Assembly: GCF_009834535.1 (NCBI RefSeq)
Contig: NC_045697.1
Location: 76,386,001-76,450,000 of the forward strand
Direction: 5' to 3'
Source of the DNA: Camelus ferus
Lineage: Eukaryota
DNA length: 64,000 nucleotides
Shown here: positions 61,699-64,000 of the stretch, piece after piece
Position numbering within the stretch: position 1 is the stretch's first letter
Layout: each line of letters begins with the position of its first letter
The notes under the pieces: model-generated
Database searches by the model: none
What the model saw: only the letters and a program-made list of their open reading frames with translations
Told to the model about the DNA's origin: nothing
Made by a program: the position numbers and the translations under genes

Positions 61699-64000
61699 AT
61701 ACCTATTTGTCTGCCTCAGAAAGCTGACCTCCTGGAGAGTCAGGACTATTTTTATTCATGTTTGTGCCTTTCACATGGAGGGTGTCTCATACTTCTGCCA
61801 TATCAAATTGAATGGCCTTATAAGATCAGCGTTGGCTTATTACTCAGCTTATGTTCCCTAAGGTGCTTTACTTTTGTTTTTATGTGCTAATATTCCAGAT
61901 TAGAACAAAATCCTGCTCATCTCAAACCCTCATGGTGCTTTGAGCGTGACCTAGAACAAAGAGCTGGACTGAGTCCACCTCAGCCAGACACCACCTCTAG
62001 CAGTTCATATCAAGTTCACTTCCTGAGGTATGGCCAGCTGGGGCTTCACCGGGCCCTGGGAGGAGAGAGGTTCCTACAATGTCCTAGAGATGAAGATTGA
62101 TTCCCTTCAGTTCTGAGCACAGAGGCCGATGCTGTCTGCTGACCATACAGCCATTAGAGTCTCGGGCATCTCCGTGCCCGAGACTAATCCTGGCTGTGAT
62201 GCTCATTTTCTGGGTGATGATATGTAGGTCCCTTAAGCCTCCTGATCATCAGCTCATTGGTCTCTAAAATGGGAAATCTAATATTAAAGTTGCTCTCCAC
62301 CATGGACTGGAGTGAAAACTAATACAAAGCACTCCCAAGCACCCTGAAAAGGTTCAGTGCTAAGCACAGTGAGACCAGTGTGGCCAGAAGCCCCATGCCT
62401 GTGCCAGATGGAACTGGCCTTGGATGCTCTTTCCCCTCCTGCTCCCAGATGATGAGGGTCTGGCTGAACATTCTGCTGGGGTCCAGCCTGGTGTGTGCTG
62501 AGAAAGCCCCTGAGAAAGATGGGACCCATATACAGGGCAGTGCTAATGTCATCCTAGAAAATGACTTCACAGAAGTTCCCAGCTCTGAGATTTGTGTTTA
62601 TCAGTGCTTCTGAGCAGCAGCTATTTGTTTGTGATATGCAACTCTTCAAATAAAATTCTTTTATTTTAGCAAATTTTTGGTTTCAGGGGACCCAGCTGTG
62701 GGCAAAATTTCAGTCTTATACCTACATAATGCCTAAACTGTGGGCCAATGGAAGCATTTCCTAGGAAAATCAATCCAACAAGTTGTTTGATGTTGTTTAG
62801 CCACACCAGTTGTTTGGAGTTTTTACTTCCTAGCCAGTTGCTCTGGGATTGCTTAGGCGAAACCCAAATTAATTTTGTTCTTGGTCACTTTTCATAAAAT
62901 CAAAAATCTGAAAGTTCAGCCCTGACCACCTCACAAAATGGGCAGTCTTGTTCTTGACCTCATTAACAAAGGGCTCTCCTTCCAACTCACACCAACCTGG
63001 GGGAGGAAATAAACCAGACAGCCCGAATGACGACAGAGAGGGATGAAATAACCCCTCCTCGGGACAATGCCTTTTCCTGTCTCTGGAGGCTCCTCCTATT
63101 CCCACACTGGTTTCTGTATCCGTTACTCTACCAGGATCCTCTTTCACATCAAAGTGTCCCTCCTTGGGCTTCACAAGTAGGGGCATAACCTTAGTTTCTA
63201 CAGGAAGGAATTTTCATCCCAAAGGAAAGGGGAAAACTGTGTGTTTGGTTGCTATAAAATTACATGCCACTTTCCTTGTTTGTCAATTTATAATCATGCA
63301 AACAAAAAGTATAGGCAGACCTCTAGCTGCCATGGACCAAAATGTTCAGCTCCTAGACTCCTATAGTTCAAGTTGAAAGTATTAAAAAAAAATTAAAACT
63401 CCAGCCATTCAGTCTTCATTACTAATATTAAATGCCTGAGTCCGGGAAAGTTTTAGTGGAGGACGATTCTTTTCTACTTCAAAAGCACATGAAAGGGCAT
63501 AAGCTGGACAGATTTTAAGGAACAGAGGTTGAAGAATACCATGCATTCCACCTCAGACTGGACTACTGGGACCCTCTTGGGAGGTCTGCGTTTGAATCAA
63601 ATTTTAAACTGCTACGTATTATCGGTGATGGTAAAGCACTAGAGCTTCTCCAAAGCTGTCCTTCGTGTCATTATCAAAAGCACTTATTTAGCAACTAACA
63701 TATCTTACGCATGGCAGATATTTGAATAGGCATGTCCCTGCCTTTCTGGCGCCTCTGATCTACAATGTGCAGATACCTTTGGGGACACGGAGTAAATATC
63801 AAAACCTTGAGCAGTAGGGAGTATGCCCAACAGTATTTTTTTAATGTATAATTGTGCAGGGGGACTGGGGAATAGGAAAAATGATGCTCAACAAAGTTCA
63901 ACCTGGTGGGATATGCAGAAAACCATTCATTGTCTTTGCGGCAGGACACCTTTGAAGGGCATCCACATTTGGGGGCTGGGAGGTACTGATCAAAAGATAG

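Noticed and set aside
62869..63186. 105-aa minus-strand ORF near the window end
   Set aside because: No recognisable domain or supported splice structure.

Overview
This window is mammalian nuclear DNA: AT-rich, CpG-depleted and dense in interspersed repeats. Four tRNA-Ala-derived SINEs resembling the camelid Vic-1 family suggest an alpaca, llama or camel genome. I found no convincing protein-coding exon or RNA gene, so the window looks intergenic or deep-intronic. The only ORF-track peptides I recognise come from decayed L1 ORF2 and Tigger1 transposase sequence. Repeats include MIR and L2 relics, L1 fragments (a nested L1 cluster, a HAL1/ORF1-like piece), ERV1/ERVL/MaLR solo LTRs, hAT and Tc/mariner MITEs, a near full-length Tigger1 and microsatellites. 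The most notable observations are: an unclassified TSD-flanked, polyadenylated retro-insertion (36722-37085); an L1 fragment lacking tail and TSD (34095-34817); three co-oriented CTCF-type motifs, one in a CpG-retaining patch; a PU.1/TATA-containing candidate promoter or enhancer near 39.2 kb; and a MER41-like LTR with altered STAT motifs. I found no evidence of a novel multi-gene system. Repeat family names are assigned from remembered consensus sequences, not from a database search, and boundaries of old repeats are approximate.
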